Source: Felis catus
Lineage: Eukaryota
Length of the DNA stretch: 64,000 bases
Assembly (NCBI RefSeq): GCF_018350175.1
Contig: NC_058368.1
Coordinates: forward strand, 196,790,001 to 196,854,000
Direction: 5' to 3'
Part shown: positions 63,590-64,000 of the stretch, piece after piece
Numbering within the stretch: the stretch's first letter is position 1
How the letters are laid out: every line of letters starts with the position of its first letter
Notes under the pieces: model-generated
The model's input: only the letters and a program-made list of their open reading frames with translations
Databases searched by the model: none
Told to the model about the DNA's origin: nothing
Position numbers and translations under genes: made by a program

Positions 63590-64000
63590 TCCCCTCCGCA
63601 GTAGAGCAGCCTCCTGGTTCGGATGGGACTGATCTCACTTTAGTTCAAGGGGTGGGGGCTCACGGGCATAAGCCAGTTCACGTAATCCCAAACCCCTGGC
63701 CACAGTGATTGGTCTCAAGAATGAAACATAAACCAGGCCCAAGCCAATCAGCTCATGGCATTCTCCTAAGCGTGGTGATTGGTTCAGGGGGAGCACATGA
63801 CCCAAGTGGATCCTATCAGCATGAAGCTCCAATTTAATTTTATGACTAAGGGGAGAAAGGCCCCGTCTTCTCCTAGAGGCTTTGCTGTGCAGATGTGAGT
63901 CTTGGAACTACTATCATGAGGGAGGCCAGCCTGAAGATGACGCTGACACACAGTAAAGACCGGAGATAAGAGAATTATGGGAAATGGAGCCAGCCCCCTG
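63590..64000. mobile_element. MLT1-type LTR remnant in an intron
   Basis: cctggccacagtgattggt...ccaagccaatcag...gtgattggttcagggg...catgacccaag. Confidence 0.55.

Noticed and set aside
1..64000. CRISPR array, operon or other prokaryotic or novel multi-gene system
   Set aside because: There is no regularly spaced repeat-spacer array and no dense coding region. The window is accounted for by a spliced mammalian gene plus interspersed repeats.

Overview
This is mammalian genomic DNA, almost certainly from a cat (felid), judged from the many tRNA-derived Can-SINE (SINEC_Fc-like) copies. The right quarter holds the last eight coding exons of ARHGEF37 on the minus strand (62836 down to the stop at 49027). 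These exons encode the post-DH linker, the BAR region and two SH3 domains; all intron boundaries are canonical GT-AG and splice into one continuous frame. The 3' UTR probably runs to a poly(A) signal near 46314, with a possible proximal signal near 47249. Bases 1 to about 46200 look intergenic: SINEs, L1/L2/MIR, MLT-type LTR and hAT MER remnants, microsatellites, two strong CTCF-like motifs and some nuclear-receptor motifs. From recalled human synteny this would be the interval towards PPARGC1B, which cannot be seen in the window. Almost all other ORFs in the track are SINE-derived or GC-rich noise. I found no convincing new biological system. The best leads are an inverted SINE pair flanking three phase-0 exons (a possible stop-free 570-nt circRNA), repeated SINE insertion into SINE tails, an unexplained 33-bp direct repeat, and the CTCF sites.
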